Notes under the pieces: model-generated
Database searches by the model: none
What the model saw: the letters and a program-made list of their open reading frames with translations, nothing else
What the model was told of the DNA's origin: nothing
Source: Geosiphon pyriformis uo1
Taxonomy: Eukaryota; Fungi; Glomeromycota
Reading direction: 5' to 3'
NCBI GenBank assembly: GCA_016748015.1
Contig: JAAOMT010000557.1
Span: 248,001-312,000, forward strand
Length of the DNA: 64,000 bases
Translations under genes and position numbers: made by a program
Shown here: positions 50,001-62,236 of the stretch, one piece after another
Layout: each line of letters starts with the position of its first letter
Position numbering within the stretch: position 1 is the first letter of the stretch

Positions 50001-51732
50001 ATTTCCTGTTAAGTTGATGGTCAATTCAATGAACAATTTTCTGGTTGGTGTTACTAAAATTTTTTTGTGTAATAAAATTTTCTTAGCTAATAGCTTGCCC
50101 AATGCTTTTTGTCTTAAACAAAGTTTTCCTGTTCTGGATGTTTTGGACCAGGCAATATATCTCTGGGTTTGCAAACCACTAAAGTGTTTTGGGATCATTT
50201 TTGCAGACCAGTTGTTGAACAGTCATGGAAAATGTTTCAATTGGAAGAATTTTCACTGTTGGAAATGATTGGATCCCAAAGGCCCAGTTCCCTTATAGTT
50301 CATAATGGTTTTAGATTTTGTCAAGAGTGGTGATTTGGCTAAAGGTTCCTCTTCTGTTTTTGAGTCTCCTTCTAAGTTAGATGTTTCTAATACAGACCAC
50401 TTTGGTTTCATCCATTCTAGTTTAAAAGATGCTTCTTTGCTAGTGATCTCAGTTTATACTAATGGTTTTGTTAAAGACTTTGATACTTCTGATACTGTCG
50501 GAGGGGCTGTCACTTATTTTTCTGATCTAGGTTTGTATATAGGTGTGGAGATTTATAATTTGCTATCATCTACCTTAACTAAAATACAGGCTGTTGCACT
50601 GGCTCTTGAGTGCATTCTGGCTTCCTTAAATGTTACAGTTTTCTTTGACAGTCAGGCTTCTTTGGATGCTTGTCAGGCTGAGTTGAAGTTGGTGGCTCCA
50701 GATTTTCACAACAGGTACTGGATGGAGCACTGTCATATTAGCAATTTGGTCAAATATAAAAACATTTCTGTTACCTGGACAAAGGTGAAAGATCACTCTG
50801 GTGTGTTGGGCAATGAATGTACTGATTGGTTGGCTGATCTAGCCATATTATCAGTGCTTGTTTTTTTAGCAAATATCAAAAAAAAATTTTTAATGACAGA
50901 TGATAAAGTGATTTCTGGCAATGCATGCTGTTTTATTAGAATAACAAATGATATTGTTAGACGTTTTTAATAAAAATTTGGACCTGGTTTAAGCATTGTG
51001 GATCCTTTATGAGTTGGGGACATAAATTGGGTTTGTACTGCTTTAGTCTGGCACTCTGATTCCCATATGTCTGCAGGATATACAAGCAGAATCACCACTG
51101 GTTTGCACACTTATTTGATAAAAGCTTTACACAAAAGGCTGCCTGTTGCTATTAGAAAGCATTTATATAATTAAAGTTATCTTAATGTATTATGTGTATA
51201 TTGTAGAGAGATAGAATTTTCAGATCATAGTTTTGTTTGTTGCTTAGACTTTTTAATGTATTAGAGCTTGTTAAATAAACATTCCTCTTTTTGAAAATCT
51301 CTTACTGGGACAATCTTGTCATCATCTGTAGTTTTGCAGTCTCTGGCTTCTTCTGTTTCTAATGATAGTTTTTACACAATTTTGTGTAAGGGTCTCATAT
51401 TTGAAGATTGGTTGGCAGATACTAAAGCATCTTTTGTGGATACTAAGCTTACAATGTCTAATCTGGTTGAGTTTGTTTGGGATATGGTTGTTGGCCATAG
51501 AGAGCAAATTTGGGTGCCTAATTCAAAAATTTGAGCTGAAATAAAGTGTCATGGGTCATTATATGCAGATGGGTCTTTATATAATATTATTCGGAGTCTT
51601 CTTGCTAAGATTTCAGATGTTGCTTATTTACTAGGGATTGAAAGGAATCATGTGACCAACTTTGGCCTGAGTATTGGCCATTTGTTTTTTGCTGGTACTA
51701 CTGGTGAAGTTACAGTAAATATAGTTGCATAG
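47048..51732 (+). pseudogene. LINE-B ORF2 (APE endonuclease, RT, RNase H, zinc finger)
   Basis: ATYNVR, TETK, LGGDFN, IDFIL, SDH; RPIALIE, GLDQRE, FINDT; YTNG, FFDSQ, DHSGVLGNECTD. Confidence 0.92.
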
Positions 51733-53974
51733 TATAGCCTTGATTGGCCGAGTGATTAGTTACATATAGCAATAGTATAAATCATATTTAATTTAGAACT
51801 TTAGATAATTGTATTGTATTAGATAATAATTGGGCTTCATTCGTTAAATTAATAAAAAAAAATATTAATGTTAATTATAATTTTAAAATTGTTTTACTTT
51901 TAAAATTTATTAATTTTAATTGAATTTATTGTTAAAAAAACAATTTTTTTAATAAATTTAATTGTTTTTTTGTGTTAATTTAAATAAATTTTACTATAAA
52001 TATTAAAACCAAATTTATTTTATTAAAATTTTCAATTAAAAACATATTTAAAATAGTTATATATTTGTTTAAAAATTTTTAATTAGTTAAAAAAACAAAA
52101 AAACCACTTATTTTTTTAATATATATAATTTTAAAAATTTGTTTACAATTATAGTTAATTAAAATAAACTTTATAATATATCATATATAATTAAAAATAA
52201 ATAATATATTATAAAAAAAACCAATAATAAATACAAAAACATTATTTATAATAAAAAAATATTTGCACATTATTTTTAAAAAATAAAAACATATATATTT
52301 GTTTTAAAAAAACAATTAAGTATTTATTTTAGATTTAAATAATTAATTACATATAATTAATATGTAAATTAAATTTATAATTTAATTTTTTAGAAATAAA
52401 ATAACATAAAAATTAGTAAAATTATATTTAGTTAAAATAAATAAATAAATTTTTCTTTTTTGCATTTTAAATTATATTTAAAATAAAAATTTTATTATTT
52501 AAAAAATTTTCAATAATAAAAGTAATTAAAATAATACATAAAAATATTATTAAAGTTATTATTATTAATTATAAAAATTTTAAAAATTATTGTTTTTTAA
52601 TCTTTTTATTATTATTGCTTATATAACTAAAAAAAACAAAATAATAAAAAAATAATTTTTTTAAACAAATTTAAAGTTTTTTTTTAAAATATTAAAAACA
52701 ATATTTTTTGTGGTTTTTAAAGTCTTTTTTTAACAAATAAAATGTTGGCTTTTTTTAGTTTTCTTAATGTTTTTGCTAATTCTATAATATTAATACCAAT
52801 AATAGCACTTAATAAATAATAACTTTTTTTTATTTTAAAAAATAATAACAACAACATATTTGCTAAATTTAATTTAAATTAAAATTTAATTAATTGTTTA
52901 ATATAATTAATTAGAAGTAATTAATTTTATATTTTTCATATATAATTTTATTTAATTATATTGTTGTTTTATTTAATTATAAAATTTGGATTAATAAAAT
53001 AAAAATTAAAGCTGTTTGTTATTTTAATGTTTAATATTATTGCTAAAATTAAAATAGCTTATATAAAAACTGTTTTCTAATTTTTATATAATTTTATTAA
53101 TATTAAATTAATTACCAAAAACAGTATTAAGCTTTTTTATAATTCAGATTTGTTATTAAAATTAAGTCTATTAAGATTACAATTTTATTTAATGTGTGCA
53201 GTTCGACCACTACCTATTACAATATATTCACTGTGGACCTTTTAACATTTTAAATATAATTGTTATTTTGATTAATAATTATAAGATTTAATTGAAAATA
53301 GAAATATTGCGAATAATTTGTTTTCAATTTAAATTAATATATTAATATAGATTATTATTAATAATGTAAAACGGTGATCCAAAGAATATATCACATGACT
53401 TCAAATTTCATATATAAAGAGAATTTTTTCAATCCGAAGAATGTAAAATAAATCTCAGTTGAAAGGAATTTTTGCGGAGGTAAATTTTATGTTTAATAAA
53501 ATTCGATATTAAGTTGTTGATGATTAAAAAATAGCACGTATTATCTTAGTTTTCTACAAAGATAACTTTGATGAGAATATACTTCTTTCTTTTCTGAGAC
53601 TTTATTTAAGAGCTTTCAAGCGTTACATGCTTTCCAATCCATGTAAAACAATCTAATTAAGTTTACTCATTCCTTTTTTGCTTTTATCCTCTTACAACAG
53701 AAACTTTAAAACAATATATCTGAAAATGCCAGAACTCTCTCAATAAAACTTAATCAAAAAAAAAGTTGACCAAAAGATTTTTTCATAATTAGACTGTTGA
53801 AAAATATCAAAATAATATGCTTACACAATAGACTATTTTTTACCACAGCTAATTTGTGAAAATTAAAAGCTTCTAGTATCTTAAACAATTTAGCAACCAA
53901 CCTTTAGACTCAACTGAAGAATGAAATAAAAATGCCAAAAAGCCCAAAATTGACAACAAAATTAAAGTAAAGCA

Positions 53975-53998
53975 AGTATAAAAATTACGGAGGGAGTA
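53975..53998. mobile_element. Tc1/mariner (Stowaway-type) terminal inverted repeat remnant
   Basis: ACGGAGGGAG+TA (53987-53998) is the canonical Stowaway/mariner end. A possible C>T-decayed partner TA+CTTCTTTC lies at 53580. Confidence 0.45.
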
Positions 53999-54142
53999 AT
54001 TAATGATGTTACCAACCCTGAAATGCTTTGTCGCACATTCAATCAGGTACTATAGTTTGATTATCGATCATTATTAAAGAGGTTTTTGGTAGTTTGTCCA
54101 TTTAATTTTTTTTTTTTTACCACGGAAAAATAAGTTCTCAAG

Positions 54143-55434
54143 ATGTCTCAAATAAGTGCTCTGAACGATGACGAAGTTCGCGCTGAAATGAATAAAATGG
54201 TTTGTTTTTTGTAAAAGTCAAAAGAGATATATTCTAGCTATCTTGTTCTTTTTCGTTGATAATTTTATCGTTGCGATGTATATATGAAAACTTATAGGTG
54301 GAATTTATCAAGCAAGAAGCCAGAGAAAAGGCTCGCGAGATAACAGTTAAGGTATTTATTTGTTCAAAGGTCAACTGCTTTATCAATGTTCTTCGGATTA
54401 AACTCATTTTGAATCAAAAGGCGAATGAAGAGTTTAACATTGAAAAGGTATTTTCACGTTTTTTACAAATAATTTGAATTTTTCGAATGTCTGACGCACC
54501 TTGATTTTCGTTGACCTTGTAGGCCAAGCTCGTACGTCAGGAATCGATAAATATTGAGGCCGCCTTTCAACGAAAAATCAAACAAGCTCAAATCCAAAAA
54601 AAAATGTTGGCATATTTTATACAAAATAAATCATATAAATTGTGTAACAGTTGAAAAATTTTAAGTTTTTTGTTTCTCCTCTCTCCTTTATCAGTGCACA
54701 ATCAAATTATATAAACAAGTCACGTCTCAAAGTTCTTCAGGCGCGCCATCAAAAATTGGAAGACTTATTCGCAGAGGCTAGAAGCAAACTTCATGATGTT
54801 GGGAATGATCAAGAACGCTATCGAAAATTATTGAGTGGCTTGATATTACAGGTTTAATTAGTTCTTTTGTTTATATTTCAAAAAAAGATACAAAATTCAA
54901 TCTATTTTTCCCATTTTTAGGGACTTTTTCAAGTTATGGATGAAAACGTTTCGTTAATTGTCAAGAAATCGGAAGTACATCTTGTAGAATCAGTCCTCGC
55001 TGAAGTGGTTGAGGAGTATAAAAAATCCACACATCTGCCCGTTAAGATAGTAGTTGATCCAAAGGAACATTTACCCGAGTCGAAGTATGAATGTTTACAA
55101 GATTACTTAATTTAGTTTTCGGTACTTTGACTTTTTTAACTGTAACTTTCTTTTCAATATAAAATTGAGAATAGTGCTGGGGGTGTTATTCTTACGTCAC
55201 ATTTTGGCCGCATAATAGTCAATAATACGCTCGAGGAAAGGTTGAGCATAGCAGAGGAAGAGGTAAGCCAAGAATGAGAGTTTCCATGAGCATTTTGTTT
55301 CAGTTATCTCTGCCTTTCTTGAAATATTAAATTGTCTTAAATTATCAAATGTCAATTCTTAAATCCAACAGATGCTTCCTGAAATTCGTGTATTGCTCTT
55401 TGGTCATTCTCCCAATCGAAATTTCTTTAATTAA
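54143..55434 (+). CDS. VMA4: V-type proton ATPase subunit E (8 exons)
   Basis: MSQISALNDDEVRAEMNKM|VEFIKQEAREKAREITVK|ANEEFNIEK|AKLVRQE...INKSRLKVLQAR...AGGVIL...NNTLEERL...MLPEIRVLLFGHSPNRNFFN*, with GT-AG introns. Confidence 0.96.
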
Positions 55435-55658
55435 AGTTAGCTTATTCTAATTTTATTACAGCTAAATGTATGTATACACATTTATGCTCTCATTGAAACT
55501 CTGAACATCAATTCATTGATTATTTTTGCTATGTATATTAATTAATTTTAACGTATCAATATATTTAAATAAACATTTGGTAAGCATTTATTCATAAAGA
55601 CCAGTTCTTATCAATGATTTTATCTAATGAAGGATCAGCGAATCCCTTGTCTCAACCC

Positions 55659-57251
55659 TTATAAATTCTCGATTAGTAGATTGGAGATATCAACCACTTG
55701 TTCGATGCCGGGATAAGCTGGGATATGAAGCCCAAACTTTTTCTCCAATTCTCTGTCGATTTCCAAATACCAAGATCAATGTCCGTAAATACCAGGATAC
55801 CGAGTTTCAAAGCGAAGAAAACATCGAAAGAAATAAAATATCGCACAAAAATACAAAGCAATAAAGAAAAAAAAAAGTTGACGTACGGTGTTACGAATCT
55901 TCCCCCAAGGTAGTGGATTCCTTTGAAATGTTGTGCACAAAGCTTTGGAGCTGTCAATGAAATCAGCATTACCGGAGTAAAGCTACGATTGTTGATGTTG
56001 CCTTCAAAAAAAAAAGGTTTAAAATGATCATTTGTATAGTGCGGTCAGAATCAACCCCACTTCTGATCAATAAAATGGTTTATGGAAAATACCTTTCTCT
56101 AAATCCCAGCCCGAAGGTATATCGACTATTGTTGAATAGTTTAATACCACTTATTGTAATAAATTCTATAATCACACAAATGTATTGAGGAATTAGTTGA
56201 AACCTGATACTATCGGCACTTTGGTTTCTTTTAAAACCTTTGATCAGGAGATATTGTAAGTGGATGATTGAGATCTTTTTTTAGTTTAAACATCATCGGT
56301 TTTAATATTTACCTGAATCACTTCCCCAAACGGAGGACGTATTTCTCCTGAAAAACTAAATCCTTTTGGAAGGACATATTAACCAACTAGACTTAAATAT
56401 CAAATTATCATAAACATACTAAGGAGACATACCAAAAATCGCATCCAAAATCAGATTTGTCTGACTCAATACTGGAGTCAATTCGTTAACGAAGGGGATA
56501 TTCAAGTTATTGCATTGCGTAACTAGACGCTTTTTTTTTCGAAAAAATATTTATATGAAATCTCAATCATCAATTTCGATTTTTAATTCTGAAACCGAAG
56601 AAGATTTACCGAACCTCGTAAAGATCCTTTTTGGCTTGCTTTGGATAAAAAATACTGGGATTGTATCCGAAGTGAGAGAGATGTCTTGCGGCTACTAGAC
56701 CTATATCAAATCAAATCAAATCAAATTACTTTGTTAGCGAATTTAAGACTCAAGAAACTAGCATGAAGTCTAGAAATTATGCATAGATGATCGGGTGAAA
56801 TCACAAAGATACCAACCATCACCACCATTATTTCCAGGTCCACAACACACAAGAATCTGTGAATGTGTTTGCTTGCTATATACTTTTGCCACAGCTTGTG
56901 CAACACTTAGGCCAGCAAGCTCCATTAGCTGTTTTCCAAAATCGGATTACAAAAATGGAAAAGCCTAATTCGCAAAATTAATAAGTGGTCAAATATAACG
57001 GGCCTGATCTATAGAAAATCCACCAGCTTGCGACATCAATTCCTCATCAATTTTTTGGGCGACACGTTGAGTGAGATACTTTAATCCCAAAAAGAATGGT
57101 AATAAATGAAAGATATTAGAATCATGTTTATTAAATGCAACTTAGGAAACTCCGATATTCTCATGATAAATGAAAAAGATAGCTGATAAACATAAATGAA
57201 TAGGCAGTTTTTTTTTTGAAACCTTGATTTGAACTTTACCTTCAAAGCCAT
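55659..57251 (-). CDS. NNR1: NAD(P)H-hydrate epimerase (YjeF_N / NAXE family), multi-exon
   Basis: MALK|[15 protein letters not shown]...FSIDQ|[12 protein letters not shown]...[10 protein letters not shown]...ILDAIFG|FSFSG...DIPSGWD...MLISLTAPK...HYLGGRF. Confidence 0.94.
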
Positions 57252-57537
57252 TCTTACGAGGTTTCAAAGTTGCAAGTTGGGAGAAAATTCAAAATGACAT
57301 TTGATGATCCCTTTTTTTGATAATCTCAGTTTTCTTCAAATGATGTTCTACAAAATATTTTGTACTAGTTACAAACCTGTCCCACTGCGCAAACCAGCAA
57401 ACGCATATAAATTCCCATCTTAATTTCTATTTTACTTTTCCCTCCACACATTTTCTTTTACGTATGGAACTTTTGACAATACAAGGAATTTCGGGTAATA
57501 CTTGAACCAACTTACAAACTTTGCAACACTTTCAAAA

Positions 57538-58477
57538 ATGACCCTAATGCATACAGCTGGAGAAAAAAAGCATTACGTTGCAGGCATTCAACAAAAAAGG
57601 CCAAGCAACCTTAATCATTCGTTGCTTTTTCTGATCTTAATGGTGGCATTACTCTTTTATAATTTGTCAAATTCAACAACAATGACGGCGGCGCCGAGTG
57701 TGAACGAGACGAAGCCACGCAAAACGCTTGTTGTCTGGGTAAAACACCCACAGCACTCTGACGCCGTGAAACTTCACGTTCCACCCGACGCCGACGTGCA
57801 CGATGTAAAAAAATATATTCGTCTTGAACTCACTCCTGCTCTTGATCAAGAAAGTTTGGGCAAGGTTTTGTTGTTAAGTCCCACACGTGGCAAGTTGAGT
57901 CCTGACACCCCTATCAAAAAAGTAATTGATAGAAGAGAGCCATTAATAGTTTTTGTCGATAATACTGGTAAGTGGATATTGTTTCATGAAGTCATTAGAA
58001 TTTTCCTCGGCCTCTTTAATTTTTTGCTTTCTTCCAATTACCTGTTTCAATAACATTTTAGATTCCCGACTTTATCTTAAAAAACTCACTACTGAGCAAG
58101 TTCCTTTGCAAGTTAATGCACCATTGTGTGTAAAATCAGAAGAAGCTTACATTGTTATCGCCAAAATACTCTTAAGACGAAATTCACCTAAAGATCTCAC
58201 AGTGTTGAAAAATAACTTATGTGATGCAAGTGTTGAAAGTTGGAGCTCACGACACTCTTATACACATAGGGATGGGCGGTAAGTAAAGGCTAAGTTTCAT
58301 ATAATACTTCCATTCAATGCTTTGTTTTCGTCTTGGAATAAAGCTGTTAGAGCAGGTACAGAAAAGTTAAGAGAGAAAGAAATCGACTACAAAAAAAGAA
58401 GAGGCAGGACAGCCAGCACCAATATAGGAGCAAATATTGGAAGAAATGGTTTTAAATTTATTCATTTACAAGGTTAA
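57538..58477 (+). CDS. Hypothetical protein with N-terminal hydrophobic segment and Crinkler-type ubiquitin-like domain; 3' end uncertain
   Basis: LLFLILMVALLF, then VWVKH..AVKLHV..ADVHDVKKYI..LSPDTPI..PLIV. An in-frame GT-AG intron (57968-58061) joins the next ORF; a second donor lies at 58279. Confidence 0.55.
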
Positions 58478-59149
58478 TTTACGAACGGTAATACTGCTGC
58501 TCGTTAGAATTACATAGAAAAAATGCTAGAAATATTGGACCAGATTTTTTCGTAAGTGAGAAAATGGAGTTTTGAGAATGGGAGTGATTTTCCAATCCAT
58601 TTTCTGCTTAATATCTATCCAATTTTCATGGTTGTTCTCACTTGTATTATCATTACTGAGAAGGTGAAACCTCAAAATTTGGTGATCTATTTTATATCAA
58701 TAAAATATTGGAAATTATAAAATCTTTATTCATGAAGATTAATTACTTCCGTTCGATTCTTAATGCTAATTCAAAACTTAAGGCTTTATTTTTAAATTTT
58801 CATTCTGTTTGAGAAAGTTAGGAAATCAGATAAATAAAAAATCCTTCATTAGCTTCTCAATCTATTAGATGATTTTGCTTTTTATAATAAATTTGCAGTG
58901 GCAAGCAAGCATTTGAAAATAAATCTCTATAAATTAGGATCGAGCAATTAACCAGATCCATTCTATTTCTGAATTAGAATTTTTTAAAATAGAAATATAA
59001 CAATGAAAGTATCATTCGAAAATTTATAGTTTCTCACCCTTATTAAAAATAATTTGACATATTATAAGCTCTTGGCCAGCATTTGCTAAACAATCAAATA
59101 CCTCATGGATAACCCCAAATATAAATTTATAAAGATAGAGAGCATTTCC

Positions 59150-59997
59150 CTAACGTTCTGCTAGGAATTTTTGTAAATCTTGTTCTGTTAATCAAGGAGA
59201 TGACGTCAGATATTTGCATAATTCAAAACTTGAAAATAAGAATTGAACTCACCAATACTCCAAACATGGGCTTTCAATTCAAGATGTTGTATATTCAAAG
59301 AATCCTTCAAATGTCAACATATAAAATGAATCAATTTCTTTATAAAACTTAACAAAAAAGCAGAATCAAGGTTGAAAATATTCGAACAACTTACATATAT
59401 TTTTTTTCCCTCATTCCTTAATTCCAACAATTGATCTTCGCTTGCAGCATAACTCTGCAACAATTTTAAATCTTCTTCAATCTTTTCAATCTTCTTAGCA
59501 TAATCCCTCACCTTAAAATATCGGTCCAGCTTAACTGATCAATCACTCAATCACTCTTTTTAAAATGAAATGCGGAAGAGAAAGGTTTGATCTAAAATAC
59601 CTTATTGGTAGATTGTTGTAGCTCTTCAACAGAACCCAGCAAAAGGTTGGATGCTGCATGATACTCGTCTAAAAGATAAATGTACCCGGCACCACTTGCA
59701 ACTGTAAAACCGAGAAGAAATCCAATGATACTGTGTCAAAAAAAGATAAATTTTAGCACGAAATGAACCCAGTTCCCATACAAGAGAGACAAGAGTTATT
59801 GGAGTGCTTCAACGGAGTTACTCCAAGGCTCCCAACACTCACCCTCCTCGAAACCCACCTACTGGCTTTTTCGGAGTGGGTACTTGGTTTTCAGAGGTAA
59901 TAGCTTGTGAGCGGTACGGCGTATTCGAGAATAGTCGTAAATTGCTTCGTGCGAGAATTCCAAGTTGACGAAACAAAGGACGAGGGAGGTTTTGCAT
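59150..59997 (-). CDS. Small conserved fungal protein with mitochondrial presequence, one TM helix and a coiled coil (5 exons)
   Basis: MQNLPRPLFRQLGILARSNLRLFSNTPYRSQ...KKPVGGFRGG|IIGFLLGFTVASGAGYIYLLDEY...|VRDYAKKIEKIE...HLELKAHVW|EQDLQKFLAER*. Confidence 0.8.
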
Positions 59998-60219
59998 AGC
60001 GGCCAAGGTGAAATTTTTGTTGACATCAGAAGCTCGGAGATCCTGACTGCCATCTGTAACTTAGTCTAACATAACAACAATGGATTTGGGTACCCAATCA
60101 TATTTTGTACAATAACTGATGTACTTTCTTAACACATGCAACGTCTATCACCATAATAAATCTTAACTTTTTAAGGGTTAAGCATTCTAATTTCATACCT
60201 TTCAAACGAAGATTGCACA

Positions 60220-61682
60220 ATGAGCGACAAACCTTCCACCTCCAAACCACCAGAGGATGTATTACAGTTTCTTGACAGCCTTGACACATATAATCAAAAG
60301 AATAATTCTGCTGCTAATTTAACAGTTGGAAAAACAGCGAGCGGAAACGAAGCGCCAAAGACAGTAGACGATCGAGCGACGGACACTCAATCTGTACTCG
60401 ACTTTCTTGACCAATTTACACAAACTACTTCGTCCTCCACCGCAGACCCAACTACTATTACAACTTCTCAAGTTTCCCCAGTGACCAACAAAATCATAAA
60501 CGATGGTGGGCTAGTAAACGAGTCTTTAGAGAGCAAAGATCAAGCAACTACTGGGGACCACGCAACAGAGCAACCTTCTCAGTCGCAGCAGCGATCTGGT
60601 TCTTGGTCCTGGGGTGGACTTCTTGCAACCGCCTCTACTGCTTATAAAACTGCTACGACAGTCGTTGATACCTCTGTTAAAGGAGCGTTAGCCACTGTCG
60701 AAACAGTTCGAGTTAATGAGAGCACCAAAAAATTTGAGGAAAGAGTTCGTGGATACGTAAATAAAGAAACAATTGGCAAAATTGGTAGATTTATCTTTTT
60801 TTTTTCTCAAGAAATGCTGCTTAGCAAAAAGCCTTCACTTCGAGTAATATAAATTGAAACACACAAAATAGGTGCTGATCTGAAAACGCTCAGTTTAAGC
60901 ACTATAAATACAGTAGTTAATGCTGTAGCTCCACCAATTGCTGAGCATGAGGTGGTGGAAGTATGGTTGGCCCATGATATGGTTGGTTATATTGGCGTGG
61001 AATCTCTTGTATATCGTGCATTTATGAAAGTCATGGAACAAGTGGAAGGTGGGGATATTGTCATGCGAAAAGGCAATGAATCGAAAAGAAGAGACTCAGA
61101 TGCTGGTACCTATCGAGACCTAAATTTTTGTGAAGGCTTTGTTGAGGCAGTAGGACTTGCGACGGTAAATCGATGAAATTTAATAATGTATAAAGAAATA
61201 TTTGCTTATACAACTTCTCATTTTAGGCTACAATAGAACAAATTATCAAAGAAAATTATACTCCATCACAAAAAGAAAAAGAAAAGAGAAATGACTCAGA
61301 AGCGTCCTCTTTGGATAATGTGGTGACCACATGTCCTGTGTTTATGTCAATTCAACCAACCAAAGCAAATCCATATAATTTACCGTCTATATCCGATGAG
61401 CCAGGGACTGCTAATCATAATCTTGATCCCGACAAATATTTGTTCTATGTGATTGTTCTCGCTGATCCAACTCACAAACTTAATTTTAAAACGTTCTCAC
61501 AATCACTTCCGATTAGTTGGCTAGATATTCCATATGAGGAGAATGAATGGGTTGAAGAAAAAATGGTGGAATCATTAAAACTAGCGGTGCAAGCAATCGC
61601 CCAGGATTATGTTTGGGCTCGGATGACTGGGGACGGAAAACATCCTCCACCACGAGTTGAAGTACCCATTATTCATGTATGA
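60220..61682 (+). CDS. MTC1: Maintenance of telomere capping protein 1 family (exons ~60220-60784, 60872-61164, 61228-61682)
   Basis: EDVLQFLDSL, SWSWGG, APPIAEHEVVEVWLAHDMVGY..VYRAFMKVMEQVEGG, SQSLP..W, EWVEE..AQDYVW.RM. Confidence 0.85.
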
Positions 61683-62236
61683 AGAAAGAACGGCTTGCGC
61701 ATAAGAATTTGCAGAAACTGTTTTTTTTTCGATTTGACAAAATTTACATTATATATTAGTTTTATATTAAAATAATTTAAGTATTTTCATTAAATAAATA
61801 TTTTATATTACAGAAATTTTAATAGAAAAAGTACAAGACTATATATCTATCTATTCACTTTTTATAAATACACGGGCAGATTCAAAGAATTGGTGAAGTG
61901 ACAAAATGAAAATCATGACCGTTCAAGTTTTTATCTAATCAATTCTGGTGTGAAGGGAAGTTTTTGATGAATTTGATTTCTTCACAGTTTGACGCTTGGG
62001 TTCATCTTAATTACTGGATTTAGTGCGAAAGAACAGGGTTCGTTTCGATTTTGATAAAAATGCTAAATTAGTTGCAATTTTGTTTTATGATTGTGACTAA
62101 GCGGGGATGACGACCAACTTTGGCGTGTAGTTGAATTATTTTAAAACAAAGTTCTTATATCCATCGTTTGCGTTGAAACATGTTCACATTTTAGGAAGCA
62201 AAATTCGACCTTGGGTTTGAGCTTGATATCAACCAG

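Larger units (their letters stand above)
44030..51862 (+). mobile_element. Near full-length, inactivated L1-like LINE (LINE-B) with RNase H
   Basis: ORF1, ORF2, 3' UTR and A tail. The 5' boundary is approximate. Confidence 0.93.

Noticed and set aside
51735-51790. tRNA/SINE origin of the LINE 3' UTR (TGGCCGAGTG resembles an A box)
   Set aside because: No consistent B box or cloverleaf across the five copies.
59859-60053. ORF-track 64-aa protein as the first exon of the minus-strand gene
   Set aside because: Wrong frame; the coherent frame starts at ATG 59997 and leads into KKPVGGFRGG and the splice donor.
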